IMG/VR virus record: IMGVR_UViG_3300013137_000012
Reading direction: 5' to 3' (one strand)
Source: an uncultured virus (IMG/VR IMGVR_UViG_3300013137_000012)
Taxonomy: Duplodnaviria; Heunggongvirae; Uroviricota; Caudoviricetes
Length of the DNA stretch: 64,000 nt
Made by a program: the position numbers and the translations under genes. A model generated the notes under the pieces. That model saw only the letters and a list, made by a program, of their open reading frames with translations. It made no database searches and was not told the DNA's origin. Each line of letters starts with the position of its first letter. Position 1 is the stretch's first letter. This document shows, piece by piece, positions 1 through 12,096 of this stretch.

Positions 1-54
1 AAAAAAGAAGATCCACAACCTGCAGAAATATATATAGCAGATATTGAAAGGATA

Positions 55-678
55 ATGTCCCAATTAATTACTCTAAACAATCAAAATATACTACACGAGC
101 CTACTTGTCCAATATGTAAAGATCCATTAAGAAAAGAATTAGAAAATGTATGGTTAGAGGCTGCTTCCGATAAAAAACACAAAGCAGTAATAGATTTCTT
201 GGCTTCTAAAAATCTCCCTAAATATCCACGTTCTGTTATTACAAATCATATGCAGTTACATTTGGAAAACAGGGAAATACGTGAATTACAAAAAATAGAA
301 TATGCCAGTTCTATTTCTCGTTTAAATAGTACACACTTAACAACATTGGAATATATACAAACTTGCATTTCTATGTTAATTGAGAGAATTATGGGTGTAA
401 ACAGTTTAGTGCCGGATCAAGTAACAAGCGCAACGGAAATAGAAAAGATTAAGTCCACTGAGAGCGCTAAATTGATGAATATCTTTAATCAAACATTGAA
501 ATTAAGAGCGTCTATTTTGGGTGAAATGAGGACTTCTGGAGAATTATTGTCTGTACCACGTCAGGAATTTATTGATATATTTAAAGATGCGTTAAAGAAA
601 ACAAATACTGAAGGCGAAAGAGAAATTGTTAATTTTATATTGTCTAAATTGGAAGAAGTAAGTAGATTGGCAAAATGA
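55..678 (+). CDS. hypothetical protein with N-terminal CxxC/His putative Zn-binding region
   Basis: 207-aa ORF, GGA-like RBS, CPIC...HMQLH. Confidence 0.6.
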   Translation: MSQLITLNNQNILHEPTCPICKDPLRKELENVWLEAASDKKHKAVIDFLASKNLPKYPRSVITNHMQLHLENREIRELQKIEYASSISRLNSTHLTTLEYIQTCISMLIERIMGVNSLVPDQVTSATEIEKIKSTESAKLMNIFNQTLKLRASILGEMRTSGELLSVPRQEFIDIFKDALKKTNTEGEREIVNFILSKLEEVSRLAK

Positions 679-709
679 CGATAGACTACATCCAAATTGA
701 GGGAATAAT

Positions 710-1759
710 ATGAAAATTGATAACGTTGATATTTCTTTTTCGGACATATTAATTGATCCGCAATATTCAGAAGTAGAATCTAGAAGCACTGTTAATATTT
801 CAAGCAATTTAGGATTTACTGTTTTAAATCTCCCCATTATTTCCTCTAATATGCCCTCAATTACTGAATATAAAATGGCAATTGAGATGTTTAATCATGG
901 CGGCATGGGAATATTACATAGATTTTATAGTGTAGAAGATGCGGTTGAAGATTTTAAAAAGGCTAAAGAAAATATTGATGCTACGGGTAAAGATGCCTCT
1001 AAAATAATTGGAGTATCTATTGGAATTAAAGAGGAAGATAAATATCGTTTTGAAAAGTTATATGAAGCGGGAGCAAGAGTTATAACGGTAGATGTTGCTC
1101 ATGCTAATTCTCTAATGGCAAGAAACATGATTGATTGGTTAGTAAGATGTGGAAAAGATATTAAGATTATTGCGGGTAATGTTGCTACGGTAGAAGGCGC
1201 ATTAAACCTTGTTGATTGGGGTGCAGATGTAGCCAAGGTCGGGATCGGGGGCGGATCAATTTGTCGTACCCGTTCACAAACCGGAGTAGGAAAAACACAA
1301 TTATCTGCCATAATGGAAATCAAAAAAGCATTTATAGAACGTAAAATTTCTAATCCTATTATAAGTGACGGTGGAATAAAAACAGCAGGAGATATTTGTA
1401 AGGCATTAATATTTTCTGATGCGGTTATGGTTGGTGCAGTATTGGCAGGAACTTCAGAAACACCAGGAAATGCTTATCCAGAACCAGGAACAGATTTAAC
1501 CAATAGAACTTATTATAAAATGTATGGTGGCAATGCTTCTATGGAAACAAAAGTAAATAATGGACAAATCGGTAGATTTGTAGAAGGCGAAACCAAAAAA
1601 ATACCTTTTAAGGGACATGTAAAATATCTATTAAGAGAAATAGATGATAGTATTAGAAGTGCATTATCATATTCAAACGCAAATAATCTTGAAGAATATA
1701 GAAAAAATGTACAGTGGCATATAATAAGTGAAGGTGGTAAAACGGAAAGCAAATTTTAA
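710..1759 (+). CDS. IMP dehydrogenase / GMP reductase family protein (no CBS domains)
   Basis: PIISSNM, GGMGILHRF, VDVAHA, IAGNVAT, KVGIGGGSICRTR (catalytic Cys), SDGGI, VEG motifs; guaB vs guaC not resolved. Confidence 0.92.
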   Translation: MKIDNVDISFSDILIDPQYSEVESRSTVNISSNLGFTVLNLPIISSNMPSITEYKMAIEMFNHGGMGILHRFYSVEDAVEDFKKAKENIDATGKDASKIIGVSIGIKEEDKYRFEKLYEAGARVITVDVAHANSLMARNMIDWLVRCGKDIKIIAGNVATVEGALNLVDWGADVAKVGIGGGSICRTRSQTGVGKTQLSAIMEIKKAFIERKISNPIISDGGIKTAGDICKALIFSDAVMVGAVLAGTSETPGNAYPEPGTDLTNRTYYKMYGGNASMETKVNNGQIGRFVEGETKKIPFKGHVKYLLREIDDSIRSALSYSNANNLEEYRKNVQWHIISEGGKTESKF

Positions 1760-2283
1760 TGAGAAGAAATTTTCTAGAAGGTAAAACGGCATATTTATCA
1801 GGATGTATCAAATTAATGCCCGATAGTGGTATGAGTTGGAGAAGTTATATATCCCGTAGATTAAGAGGTATGCAGATTAAGGTAATAGATCCTTGCAAAA
1901 AAACAACTAAAAATTTATCGGAAATAGGTGATGATAAAAATAAATTCAAGAAAATAATTGAAAAAGAAAAATGGGGACAGATAAAAGAAGCGTTCTGGCC
2001 TATTGTAAGATATGATTTGCGTGGAGTAGATAGGGCTGATTTTATTATAGTTAATTATGATCCAGATATTCCAACAATAGGTACAATACATGAACTGGTT
2101 GTTGCTAATTTTGAAAAGAAACCTATACTGTTAAAATATGATAAGGAAAAATTAACTAATTTTAACCCTTGGATGTGTGTATTTATCAAGGAGCATCATT
2201 TTTTCAGTGATTGGGATAAATTAATGAAATATTTAGGATTAGTAAATAAAGGGGAGTTTGATACTTCATTATGGGTAATATGA
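1759..2283 (+). CDS. nucleoside 2-deoxyribosyltransferase-like protein
   Basis: YLSG...SWR, D-L-RGVDRAD, GTIHEL motifs; coupled to upstream gene (TAATG). Confidence 0.75.
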   Translation: MRRNFLEGKTAYLSGCIKLMPDSGMSWRSYISRRLRGMQIKVIDPCKKTTKNLSEIGDDKNKFKKIIEKEKWGQIKEAFWPIVRYDLRGVDRADFIIVNYDPDIPTIGTIHELVVANFEKKPILLKYDKEKLTNFNPWMCVFIKEHHFFSDWDKLMKYLGLVNKGEFDTSLWVI

Positions 2284-2600
2284 AAACAGTTATTATAGAA
2301 TCTCCTTATGCTGGTAATGTTTTAGATAATGTTCAATATGCTAATCGTTGTATGTTAGATAGTTTGAAGCGTAAAGAAGCACCGTTTTTATCTCATTTAT
2401 TATATACTCAATGTTTAGACGATAAAATAAAAGAAGAAAGAAAAATGGGTATGAATGCTGGATGGGCTTGGATAGAAAAATCTGATTATACTGTGGTTTA
2501 TAAAGATTATGGTATTTCTGAAGGTATGGAAAAGGGGATAGAAATAGCGAAAAAACTAAAACATAAAATAAAGTATAGAAAGATAGGCAAAAATGGATAA
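2280..2600 (+). CDS. conserved phage protein (VIIESPYAG / PFLSHLLY family)
   Basis: recognisable motifs VIIESPYAG, APFLSHLLYTQ, DYGISEGM; ATG overlaps upstream stop. Confidence 0.6.
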   Translation: MKTVIIESPYAGNVLDNVQYANRCMLDSLKRKEAPFLSHLLYTQCLDDKIKEERKMGMNAGWAWIEKSDYTVVYKDYGISEGMEKGIEIAKKLKHKIKYRKIGKNG

Positions 2601-3232
2601 TCAAAAAGAGATAGTGTTAGATAAAAACTTTTTTGAACATTTATTGAATTGTATGGCTAATCAACGCTTTATTGCAAGTTTAAGTGAAGAAGAAAAAGAA
2701 GTAAATCAAAGTATAATTGACAAGGCATGGAATAAGGGAATGTTTATTTTGAATTTAGACGGTTGTAAAAAAAGACTGCAAGATGGGTTATTAGATAGGG
2801 CACAAGTATATTGGAATAGTCGCATAAAAGATATACAAGTATTTATTGAAGAAGAAAGTAAAGATGTGTTGGAAAATGAAAAAAGCACAATTATGTTTAA
2901 GTGGACACAATTGGTATGGCAAGAAATATGGATGTGGTGTTTGTTATGTGGAGATAAAGATTCTATAGTAGATATGGATAAATGTTCGCTTACTACGGGT
3001 CAGGTTTCTACACAAGATTTTAATGACATAGCTACCAGAAGGGGATTTAACGACAATAAAACAAAATTACTTAAAGATGCTCTGATATTTATTGGTATAG
3101 GTGAATTGTTGAAAGATGCTCCAATCAATAATATTCCTGACAGTACTATAGTTGAATATTGACTTTATATTTAATGCGTCTATAATTACTAACAGGAAAA
3201 ACAAAATGACACTCTGTAATTCTAAGTTGTAA

Positions 3233-3940
3233 ATGAAAATATATAAGATTTCTTTTAGAAACGAACTGGACATTTTAGCTAAAAATGTAGCCAAATACGT
3301 TTTTGATCAAATTGTCAAAAGTTCTAATCATAGGCAAATAATTGTGGTTTCAAACCCTGATAAAAACATAGATCTTAGTATTTGTAATTTACCAAAAATA
3401 GTATTTGAGATAACAGATCCTGCTTCGGGAAAAGTTACTATTAGCGGAACATTCTTGTTGGCATTTAAAAATCCATATCCCTACATTAGAGTAGGCATAG
3501 ACACTTTTAACTTTTCTAAAAGGGACTATGAATTTCTTTTGCAGCGACTTAAATATACTACCAGACACGAAATAGAACACGCCCTACATTACAATAAAAA
3601 TCATAAAATATCTCCTTCCTATAATATTCCTACTGAAAATCCAGGTTTATTGGGTGGTATAAATATATCGCGGCAATATTTGTTAGATGTTTCAGAAATG
3701 GATGCGTATATTAGAGATTTGATGATGGAGGCTAAGAATAAAAGAGTTCCTATAGAAAGGCTGGTTGACAATCTAATCAGGTCTAAGTTGTACGAGATAA
3801 ATCCGGATGAAGTTGCACACAATGTTGATTTAAATACGCCATTGGGACAACAAGTATTAACCATGTTTAAAGAAATAAAAGATAAATATTATAATAGAAT
3901 TGGTCAGTTGTATAACAGGAACAAAAATGAAAGAAAATAA
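3233..3940 (+). CDS. HExxH (zincin-like) protein, paralog of 39383..40132
   Basis: RHEIEH and YLLDxSExxA motifs shared with 39383 and 18611. Confidence 0.6.
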   Translation: MKIYKISFRNELDILAKNVAKYVFDQIVKSSNHRQIIVVSNPDKNIDLSICNLPKIVFEITDPASGKVTISGTFLLAFKNPYPYIRVGIDTFNFSKRDYEFLLQRLKYTTRHEIEHALHYNKNHKISPSYNIPTENPGLLGGINISRQYLLDVSEMDAYIRDLMMEAKNKRVPIERLVDNLIRSKLYEINPDEVAHNVDLNTPLGQQVLTMFKEIKDKYYNRIGQLYNRNKNERK

Positions 3941-4223
3941 AAGTATTAATAGTTCTATTCCCGATATAGTTATTGGTAAATATGATGATGTAAAGAGTTT
4001 TAAATCTAATATTGGTTCTATACTATCTTCTAAATTTGGGTTTTTGTCTAAAGAAGACATTAAAATAATGATTGATAAAGTTGTAAGAGATACGTCTAAT
4101 AAATTTAAAAAGGGCGATAAAATTATTCATTATGATGATTGTGAAGTTCTATCTGGAATAGAGGGAATATTTTTAATTAGAAAAAACAAATCGATATTAG
4201 CAAGCATAATAAGAAGAAAATAA
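3927..4223 (+). CDS. hypothetical protein homologous to C-terminal half of 18611..19276
   Basis: F.FL..EDIK and LIRKNK..SI shared with 18611. Confidence 0.55.
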   Translation: MKENKSINSSIPDIVIGKYDDVKSFKSNIGSILSSKFGFLSKEDIKIMIDKVVRDTSNKFKKGDKIIHYDDCEVLSGIEGIFLIRKNKSILASIIRRK

Positions 4224-5107
4224 ATGCCACTGTGCTCAAATTGTTATATGTTTTATGACCCCAAACACTATATTTGTCCTCATTGTGGCAAGATAGTAAA
4301 AACTAAAGAATATTTGAAGAAAAGAATTCCCCATATTTGTGTTTTTATGGTCGTAATTGTAATAATAATATTCATGATATATTCTTTGTCGGTGTGATAT
4401 GGAAAATTTGAATAATAACTCGCCAGAAGACACCAAGATGGACATGCGATTTTTGAATTATATAAAGAACTCTAATGCGCCTGATCAAGTAAAAAAAGAT
4501 CTTATTGACGAACACGGAAAACCCTCTAAAATTTTCGATGCCATGTCCTTTATTATGGACTATGTTGAAAAGTTTATAGATTTGCATATATTTAGGATTT
4601 TCAATGTAGATCCAATTGACGATCTAATGGGTGCAATGGTTGATCTCAAGCCTTTTGTGGAGAAACACGTAAAAGATTTTGAAGTTAAGTTTAATGAGAA
4701 GGTATTGGTTAAGGCTGGACAAGATACGAAAGACAAATTTGAAAAGCTTATTCCTATACAGGTTTTAAGTGTTTTATATCAAAAAAGATTATTGGAGAGT
4801 ATGTCAAGTTTAATATATATGGTTAAAGCACTGGACATTAATCGACAAGCAGCACTATGTTCTAAACTATATAAAGATTTTAATATAGATATTACCTTAA
4901 ATGAGCAATATGTGCTTGTAGTTCAAAAGAAGATTGAAGAATTATTGAATAATTTTGATAAGTCTCTACATAAATGCCATGAAGATATTAAACTAAGGCA
5001 TCAAGATATAATATTAGATGATTTTAATAATGGCTCTATGTCTAAAGAAACTATGCTTTTTGTGATGGATATAATTAATAAAAGTGAACTAAAAACGGGA
5101 GATAAAA

Positions 5108-5635
5108 ATGTTCAAAGGAATATTTAGTTTTATATTTTTATTATTTCTTGCGTGGTCTTTTTTATTTATAAGAGGCTGTGTACGAGTGAATTACGAATGG
5201 GAAAATAAATATGGATCTTTTTGGGAATTAGCAGATAGAAGTTCTACATTGGAAGCAAAAGCAAATTATATTAATTTATTTGTACAGGCAATAGAAAGCA
5301 ATAAGAATGATTTTGCTGAATATAATGCAATATATTACCCTACATTGCAAAATAAAACACAAAATAATATTGAAGCATTAAAAACACTACAAAAGAGATT
5401 ATCCGAAATTAAAAAGATGAAGTCTGATAGCTTTGAATATAATCAGGCAATACAACAAATTACTGCGCAGGAACAAGACGATGCTAAATTGCTTATTAGT
5501 GATATATCTGGTTCTTGGTTTTTGCAGAGTCATAAAATGTACTGGAATTGGATAGGTGGTATAATGTGTGGTATAATAATTATTGGGTTTATTGCGAGTA
5601 TTGTAGTGTTTGTTGCCATATTAACCGATCTATAA
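5108..5635 (+). CDS. membrane protein (N- and C-terminal TM helices)
   Basis: two hydrophobic segments flanking a helical region. Confidence 0.6.
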   Translation: MFKGIFSFIFLLFLAWSFLFIRGCVRVNYEWENKYGSFWELADRSSTLEAKANYINLFVQAIESNKNDFAEYNAIYYPTLQNKTQNNIEALKTLQKRLSEIKKMKSDSFEYNQAIQQITAQEQDDAKLLISDISGSWFLQSHKMYWNWIGGIMCGIIIIGFIASIVVFVAILTDL

Positions 5636-5654
5636 TACCGATCCATTTTTTAAT

Positions 5655-6080
5655 ATGAGAATTTGGAGCATACATCCCAAATATTTAGATGCCAAAAGAC
5701 TTGTAGCGTGTTGGAGAGAAAGTTTATTGGCTAGAAAAGTATTAGAGGGCAAAACGAAAGGCTATAAAAATCATTCGCAACTAATTCGTTTCAAAAACCA
5801 TATAGATCCAGTAGGTGCAATTAATCAATATCTCCATTATATAGCAGACGAAGGTGATAGAAGAGGATACAAGTTTAATAGGAGCAAGTTGTATCCCACT
5901 GATCATACTTATAAAATCAATGTTAATGCGGGGCAATTAGTCTTTGAAATGAAATATCTTCAAATTAAACTTAATAACAGGTTTGAGGTTGATGATTCTT
6001 TATTGAAGAAAATGGTTGAACCCAATCCTTTTTTTGCTATAATAGACAATAACAATGTTGAACAATGGGAGAGAATTTGA
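5655..6080 (+). CDS. pyrimidine dimer DNA glycosylase / endonuclease V-like
   Basis: MRIWSIHPKYLD..RLVACWRE.LLA..VL.G.TKGY.NH signature. Confidence 0.85.
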   Translation: MRIWSIHPKYLDAKRLVACWRESLLARKVLEGKTKGYKNHSQLIRFKNHIDPVGAINQYLHYIADEGDRRGYKFNRSKLYPTDHTYKINVNAGQLVFEMKYLQIKLNNRFEVDDSLLKKMVEPNPFFAIIDNNNVEQWERI

Positions 6081-9000
6081 AAAATAAAAATCCATATGAC
6101 CTATCTATTCCAAGAAATCAAAGGGGAAAACTATCATTGTTTATCCCAAAAAATAGACCCTACGAACTATATCCAATGAAAGGCTATCATTACGAAATAA
6201 ATCCTTATGACACAAGCGGCATAATGTATAGGCAATTGAAAAAGGATAGAAATAATGGTATGGAAATAAAAGGAGACTTGAAGTAAAAGGAATAGTTAAT
6301 TCTATTCTGTATTTAGTACATCTCTTAGTCGCCATAAACGTCCAAGATAGTGGCGACATTATTTAGAGGGGAACAATGAAACAAGTTATTAAATATGTAT
6401 GCGAAATATGCCACAAAGAATACTTAAATAAACAAGATGCTATTGATTGTGAAAATTCTACCGTACACAAAGAATGGCAAAAACAAAAATGCGAACAAGA
6501 TAAGCTTATAACAGAATTAATAGATAAAGGAATGGCTGTTTGGTGGGAATATGACGGCATGAAACACGCTCTTAAGGTAGATGAAACTAAATTTGGTCCA
6601 CACGAATATGATCCAGATCATGATGTAACTAGTGATTGTAAATATGGTTGTGGTTGTTGGATGGGACCTTGTAGAAGTGGCGGTATGGTTGATCCATTTG
6701 GCGCATGTCCTAAAAATCCAAAAACAAGGAATAAAAATGCGAGTAGATTATAAAAAATTATTAAAACGTTGTATTAAAAGATGGTTTGAAGCAGAAGGTA
6801 GTGCTTGGGATGGAGATGGTTCAGATGACGGCGATTTAACTGAAGAAGAAAAAGAAACCGTAAGATTGATATGGGAAGAAGAGCATAGTGCCTATTTAAA
6901 TAGTGGCGAAAAAGGTATAAGCTATCCAGAATTAGAATTGGGCGAAGATGGAAAACCCTATAAAGTAAGAGATCGTGAAGAAAGTGAATATAAGAAGGAA
7001 TAATTAAAATGGAACGATTGCATATACAAACGAAAAAATTATATAGTCCACTAGCACCAAATCCACTATTTGCTTTTTTAGTATTTATGAATAATACAAA
7101 TTATGAAACTGGTGAACAAAAAATACTTCAAACTTATATTATGACTACATTTTTAAACCAAGACAGTTTCAATGAAACACTTTATAATAGTGGTCGCTCT
7201 CCCAATAATGAATTGATACTAGATACGATTTTTAATTGCGTTAGTTCTCCTTGCAGAAATGAGTCTTTTGACAAAATATTAGAAAAAATTATTGAAGATG
7301 GTCCTAATGGCGATATAGATGAAAAATATATAGATTGGAGTGATATTAGAAGTTCTTTGGTGCGTTGTAAAATTTTTGAGGAATAAATATGAAAAGGAAT
7401 AATTAAAATGAGTTATTACACAGTTCGTAGAGATGATGCAGAACTTAGAGTTGTTACGTGCCCAAAATGTAAAAGCGCTAGTGTAACAAAATTTAGCGAT
7501 GTTATTCCTTATCAAAATGACGGATATTTACTTCGCTTAATGCGCTGTAACGAATGCGGATCATATTTTACTTTTTATAGAGAAGACGGAGTACACGAAA
7601 TTGATGAAAAAACAGTCAAAATAGGAATTGAAAAGGGTTGTTTTGATATGGAATCTAATGGTAAGGATTGTCATGGGCATTCTTTCTATATATTGTTTAA
7701 ATCTAAGCCGCCAACAATAAGCGATAAAGAATATGATGTGTTAATGGGAAATAATGTTGATGAAGATGGGTGCGTTTTACCATCTGATAAGATATTTATG
7801 AAATGGAAGAAAAATATTCCATCTATAAATCAACTTGTTCGCTATAAAAAAATGCTTGAAAATATAGATTTTGATAGCATGACGTATTTGGAGGATGATA
7901 AAAATGAGTGGTTTGAATAAAACGAAAAAGTATTCTGTAAGTGAGCTATATAATGCTCTTAAAGAATCATTATCTCTTCAGTCTCATTATGCAACATTAT
8001 TAAATGAGTATGATGGTGGGAAGAGAAGGGGGTTGTATTTTTTGATAAATGGAATGAACCCAAAGATGGCAGCAAAACAGAAATTGTATTTGTAAGCAGA
8101 TATTCTAATAAACCAAACCCCGATTCAGATTTCATTGATTTAGATGCTTTATTGAAGAATGTTTGTATTGAAATTAGAAATGAACGAAGAATGTTTGATG
8201 AGTTTAATAGAAAATATGAAGAATAAACTTGGACGATAATTAGAAAACTCTATAGAAAGGGCAATAATATGACCAAACTCATTGCCGTAGGTTATTGGAA
8301 CGACAAACCTTTTGAAGAAAGGTTTATTTATCCTCAAGAAGTTGTTAGTGAAAAGAAATTGCCCGACATGTTAAAACTAGCTGATTATGTCGCAAAAGGA
8401 AATTCAGCTATTGCATGGAAGGGATATTCTGCATGTAGAATATGTGATAAAATATTGGGAACACGGTGTCTTACAGATGGGGCTTATATATGGCCGGAAA
8501 AGTTAGAACATTATATTGTTGAACACGATATATTTCTCCCTCAAGAATTTATAGATCATGCTAAAAACAACAAGTGGCAAGTTAAAAAAACCGATTATAA
8601 TGGTTCTTATCATGGGGAAATTGATCGTTCATTTTGGATTAATTGGTGCGAAAAACACAGAAATAAGTCGTTGCAACCCAATTTTACTTACAAGCAATAT
8701 TCTATACCAAAGAAAACTGGAAAGGGCAAATTAACTCCTGAAATTTTAAGCGAGGCATTTCATACAATTGAAGACCTAGACTGCATCGTAGATTTTATTG
8801 AGATGGATGATAGAGAGATTCCACTAAATATTTTAGACAAACATAATGGAAAAGAATACTGTTGGTCAGCAGAAATACATCGTGGTTTTCCCTTAATAAC
8901 AGTTGTTGGAAGAGACTATGTTGCTTATTCATCAATAGTATTTCAAAATAAGAAACCAATTATTTATTGCGAACAAGAAGCAAGTATGTATGGTAAATAT

Positions 9001-11012
9001 GATGTAGAAACCAGATATTGTCCTGATTTAGATTTGAGGAATGAAAATGAACATAAATGAGGCAGTAGATTTGATTTTTGATATAAGAAAGGCCCAAAAG
9101 GACCCTAAGACTCCAATTGGTGCTGCTGAATCATTACAAAATTATTTAGGTAATGAGGGTATTGCGCTAATAGGTCCATGTTTGCCAGATGGTCGTTTTG
9201 CTCTTTATGCTAGAAGTAAAACAAAAGAAATACCTTCGGAATGGTGCGGTTTTCCTGTTGTGAATACTGGAAATTAATGTATAATATTTTTGGGTAAATA
9301 ATAATATAAGGACGTGTAATATGAAATTCAATAAATATCATAAAGAAGTTTTAAGAATGACATTAGATAATTTTGCATGTAACTCAGATGATTCATTTTT
9401 AGATGTAAAAGATGATCCTAAGTTATATAAGGCTTTTAAAGAACTAAAAAATGCTTCAATCACCGACGAAACAAAGCCCACAACATTAAATAAGAAAACA
9501 GTATTAAAATGTTTAAAAATATTAGGAAGTTAATGTATAATATATTTGGTTGTACTCTAATGGTTTAGAGTATTTATAAAAAATAGGTTAATATAGGAGA
9601 CGTTATATGTTAGGTAATCTTACTAGTTCTCTCGTTTTTCCCCATCTAAAATATATCGGACATACAGTATTTAATAACGATATATCCAAAACAGAAAGAT
9701 CTCTCTATTATCTAGATTGGACAATAAAAGATCAAAAGTGCGAAGAGAAACATAATAAGTGGTTAAGAGATCACTGGAAAGATAAGAATATTCCACTTTC
9801 CCCATCTTTGCCAGAAAAATATGAGGTATGGGTAAAAAATCTTCAGTTTGCAATACCCCCAGATTACATGGAAGAAATTATTAGGAATTCAAGAGAAGGG
9901 CTTCAAGAGTGGAATATTCAAAGATGTTTCGATACTAATGTTAGAGAATTTTGCCTTAAACCTGCAATAGCTCATATTTATAGTGCTTTTTATCTCATGT
10001 CAGATTGTATTTATGATCCCAAAACAAATTATTATATTCGTGGTACAGATAAAATAATGGCACAACATTTATTGACCTATAGATTCTGGATGCATCAAAC
10101 AGGTAGAGGATGTGTGTGGGATCATGCTTTTATGGATGATTTAAGATCAAAGAACGGATATGAGATAGTAGACTGCATAGAACAATTTGAGAAAGAAAAC
10201 GAAAAGTATTACGCAGATATGTCTATAACAGAAAATTTACAAAGTCCAAAATGAAAAACCAAAAATCAACAGTTGACAAATACGCCATCGCTCATGAATT
10301 TAAAAATGGCATAGTAGATTGTTTGCGTGGTAGTCCCATTATTAACTCTAATTCTCAAGCATGGCACGACGGCTATGCTTTTGCTTTTGAAAAAATAAGA
10401 CCAAAAATTAATGAAGTAACAAATGATTATGTGGTGAAATTGGGCTATAAACCTTTCAGTATAATAGAGGCGTTGAGGAAATAATTTTTGTTGACTTTAA
10501 CAACTTTCCATCTATAATAAACATGTACAAAAATTAAGGAGCATTAAAATGATATGTTTGACAAGAGAAGTAAAACCACATGATAGAACAACTGATGGCT
10601 CTCAAGAAATACTTTTTACCGGAGAATGGGAAATATTGGAAGCATTTAATATGACCGTAATAGCTAAAACCAACCTATCCAGAGACTTTGCAGATAGAAT
10701 AGTTGCTGCTCTTAATAAGGAAGACAATACAGATCACATAGACGTTCCCATAGATATCGCTCAACTATCTTTACTTATAAAACATTATCTAAGAGATTGG
10801 ATTAGTGCCAATATTAACTCTATACGTCAGACGGGAAGTTTAGATTATGAGAGTGCCGTTTATTCAACTATAGGGAAAATATTAATCAAGAATCCCCCAA
10901 TATCAGCAACCCTTATAGACTCATTGATAAGGCTTGAAAGAAAAGTATGGGAAGATGCAAAATTAATGGACATGTATCCCCTAAATTGTATGACATACTA
11001 AGGAGCATTAAA

Positions 11013-11361
11013 ATGAGTCTATTTCCTGTTTCTACTCCAATAGTTAAAGCTGCTGCACAAAAAGCCATTCAACACATAGAAAATAAAAGACATTCTATTT
11101 ACGAAAATACACTAAAAGAATACATGAAGCCACGACACTTTCTTTGGTTTAAACTGAAAACACGTACTAAAGAACAGGCAGAAAAGAAAATGCATAAGAA
11201 TTCATGTGTTCCTTATATTCCCCCCTTATTGGTTGGTATATGGGATGGAGCAATTAGAACAAGCTGAACATTTATTAAAGGCTTGTTCTGTTACTGACGA
11301 TATAGTGTACCTTGATGGAAAAGATGCTTCCTTCGTAAAAGAGTGGACTAATGAAATTTGA
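11013..11361 (+). pseudogene. probable frameshifted gene (C6 run at 11220-11225)
   Basis: removing one C extends the ORF to TGA 11359-11361 (115 aa), filling the gap to the next promoter. Confidence 0.5.
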
Positions 11362-11437
11362 ATAAATTTCTTGATTTTAAAGATAGTATGGGTATAATAG
11401 GCAAAAATAGAAATACATAACTAAAAGGAGAAATAAA

Positions 11438-12004
11438 ATGAATCAGGGATGCATCGTTGGATTGGGAATACTTGGTATATTGGTATTAATTGTCGTAGTT
11501 ATCGGTAGTATGCTTATTGGTACTTATAATCAAGAAGCACAATTAAGAGTGACCATAGAGCAAAAACAAGTTGATAATACCTCGGAATTTGACAACATGT
11601 GGAAGAAAATATCACAGGTTGCTCAAGTTACAGATGCGCAGAAAAATGCCATTAAAGAAATACTTGTTGGTTACGCAGATGCCAGATCTCAGGGTAGGGA
11701 TGGTAGCGGTAGTTTTATTAACGCATTACACGAAGCTATTCCAAATGTAGATATGAAGACATTTGAGAACCTACAGAATATTATTGTAGGCTCAAGGGAT
11801 AGCTTTGCAATGCGCCAGAAAGAATTATTAGACTTAAAGCGAGAACATGATAAAATGCTTAGAACCTTCCCGTCTAACATTATTTTGGGAATGTTTGGGA
11901 AGAAGCCTATCGATGTTAAAATCGTAACATCATCTAAAACCGAAAAGACATTTGAAACTGGTAAAGACGATGATGTAAACGTATTCAAAAGTACAGAGAA
12001 ATAA
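11438..12004 (+). CDS. LemA-like membrane-anchored protein
   Basis: AGGAG RBS, N-terminal TM followed by YN, helical body, FPSNII near C-terminus. Confidence 0.6.
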   Translation: MNQGCIVGLGILGILVLIVVVIGSMLIGTYNQEAQLRVTIEQKQVDNTSEFDNMWKKISQVAQVTDAQKNAIKEILVGYADARSQGRDGSGSFINALHEAIPNVDMKTFENLQNIIVGSRDSFAMRQKELLDLKREHDKMLRTFPSNIILGMFGKKPIDVKIVTSSKTEKTFETGKDDDVNVFKSTEK

Positions 12005-12096
12005 TGGAAGAATATTTCTGCGTTGCGATGGGTGATGTCGAAGGCTATGTTGGCGATGGAGATAGTACCGTCGTCAATATAGCCCAAAATTCAGTA

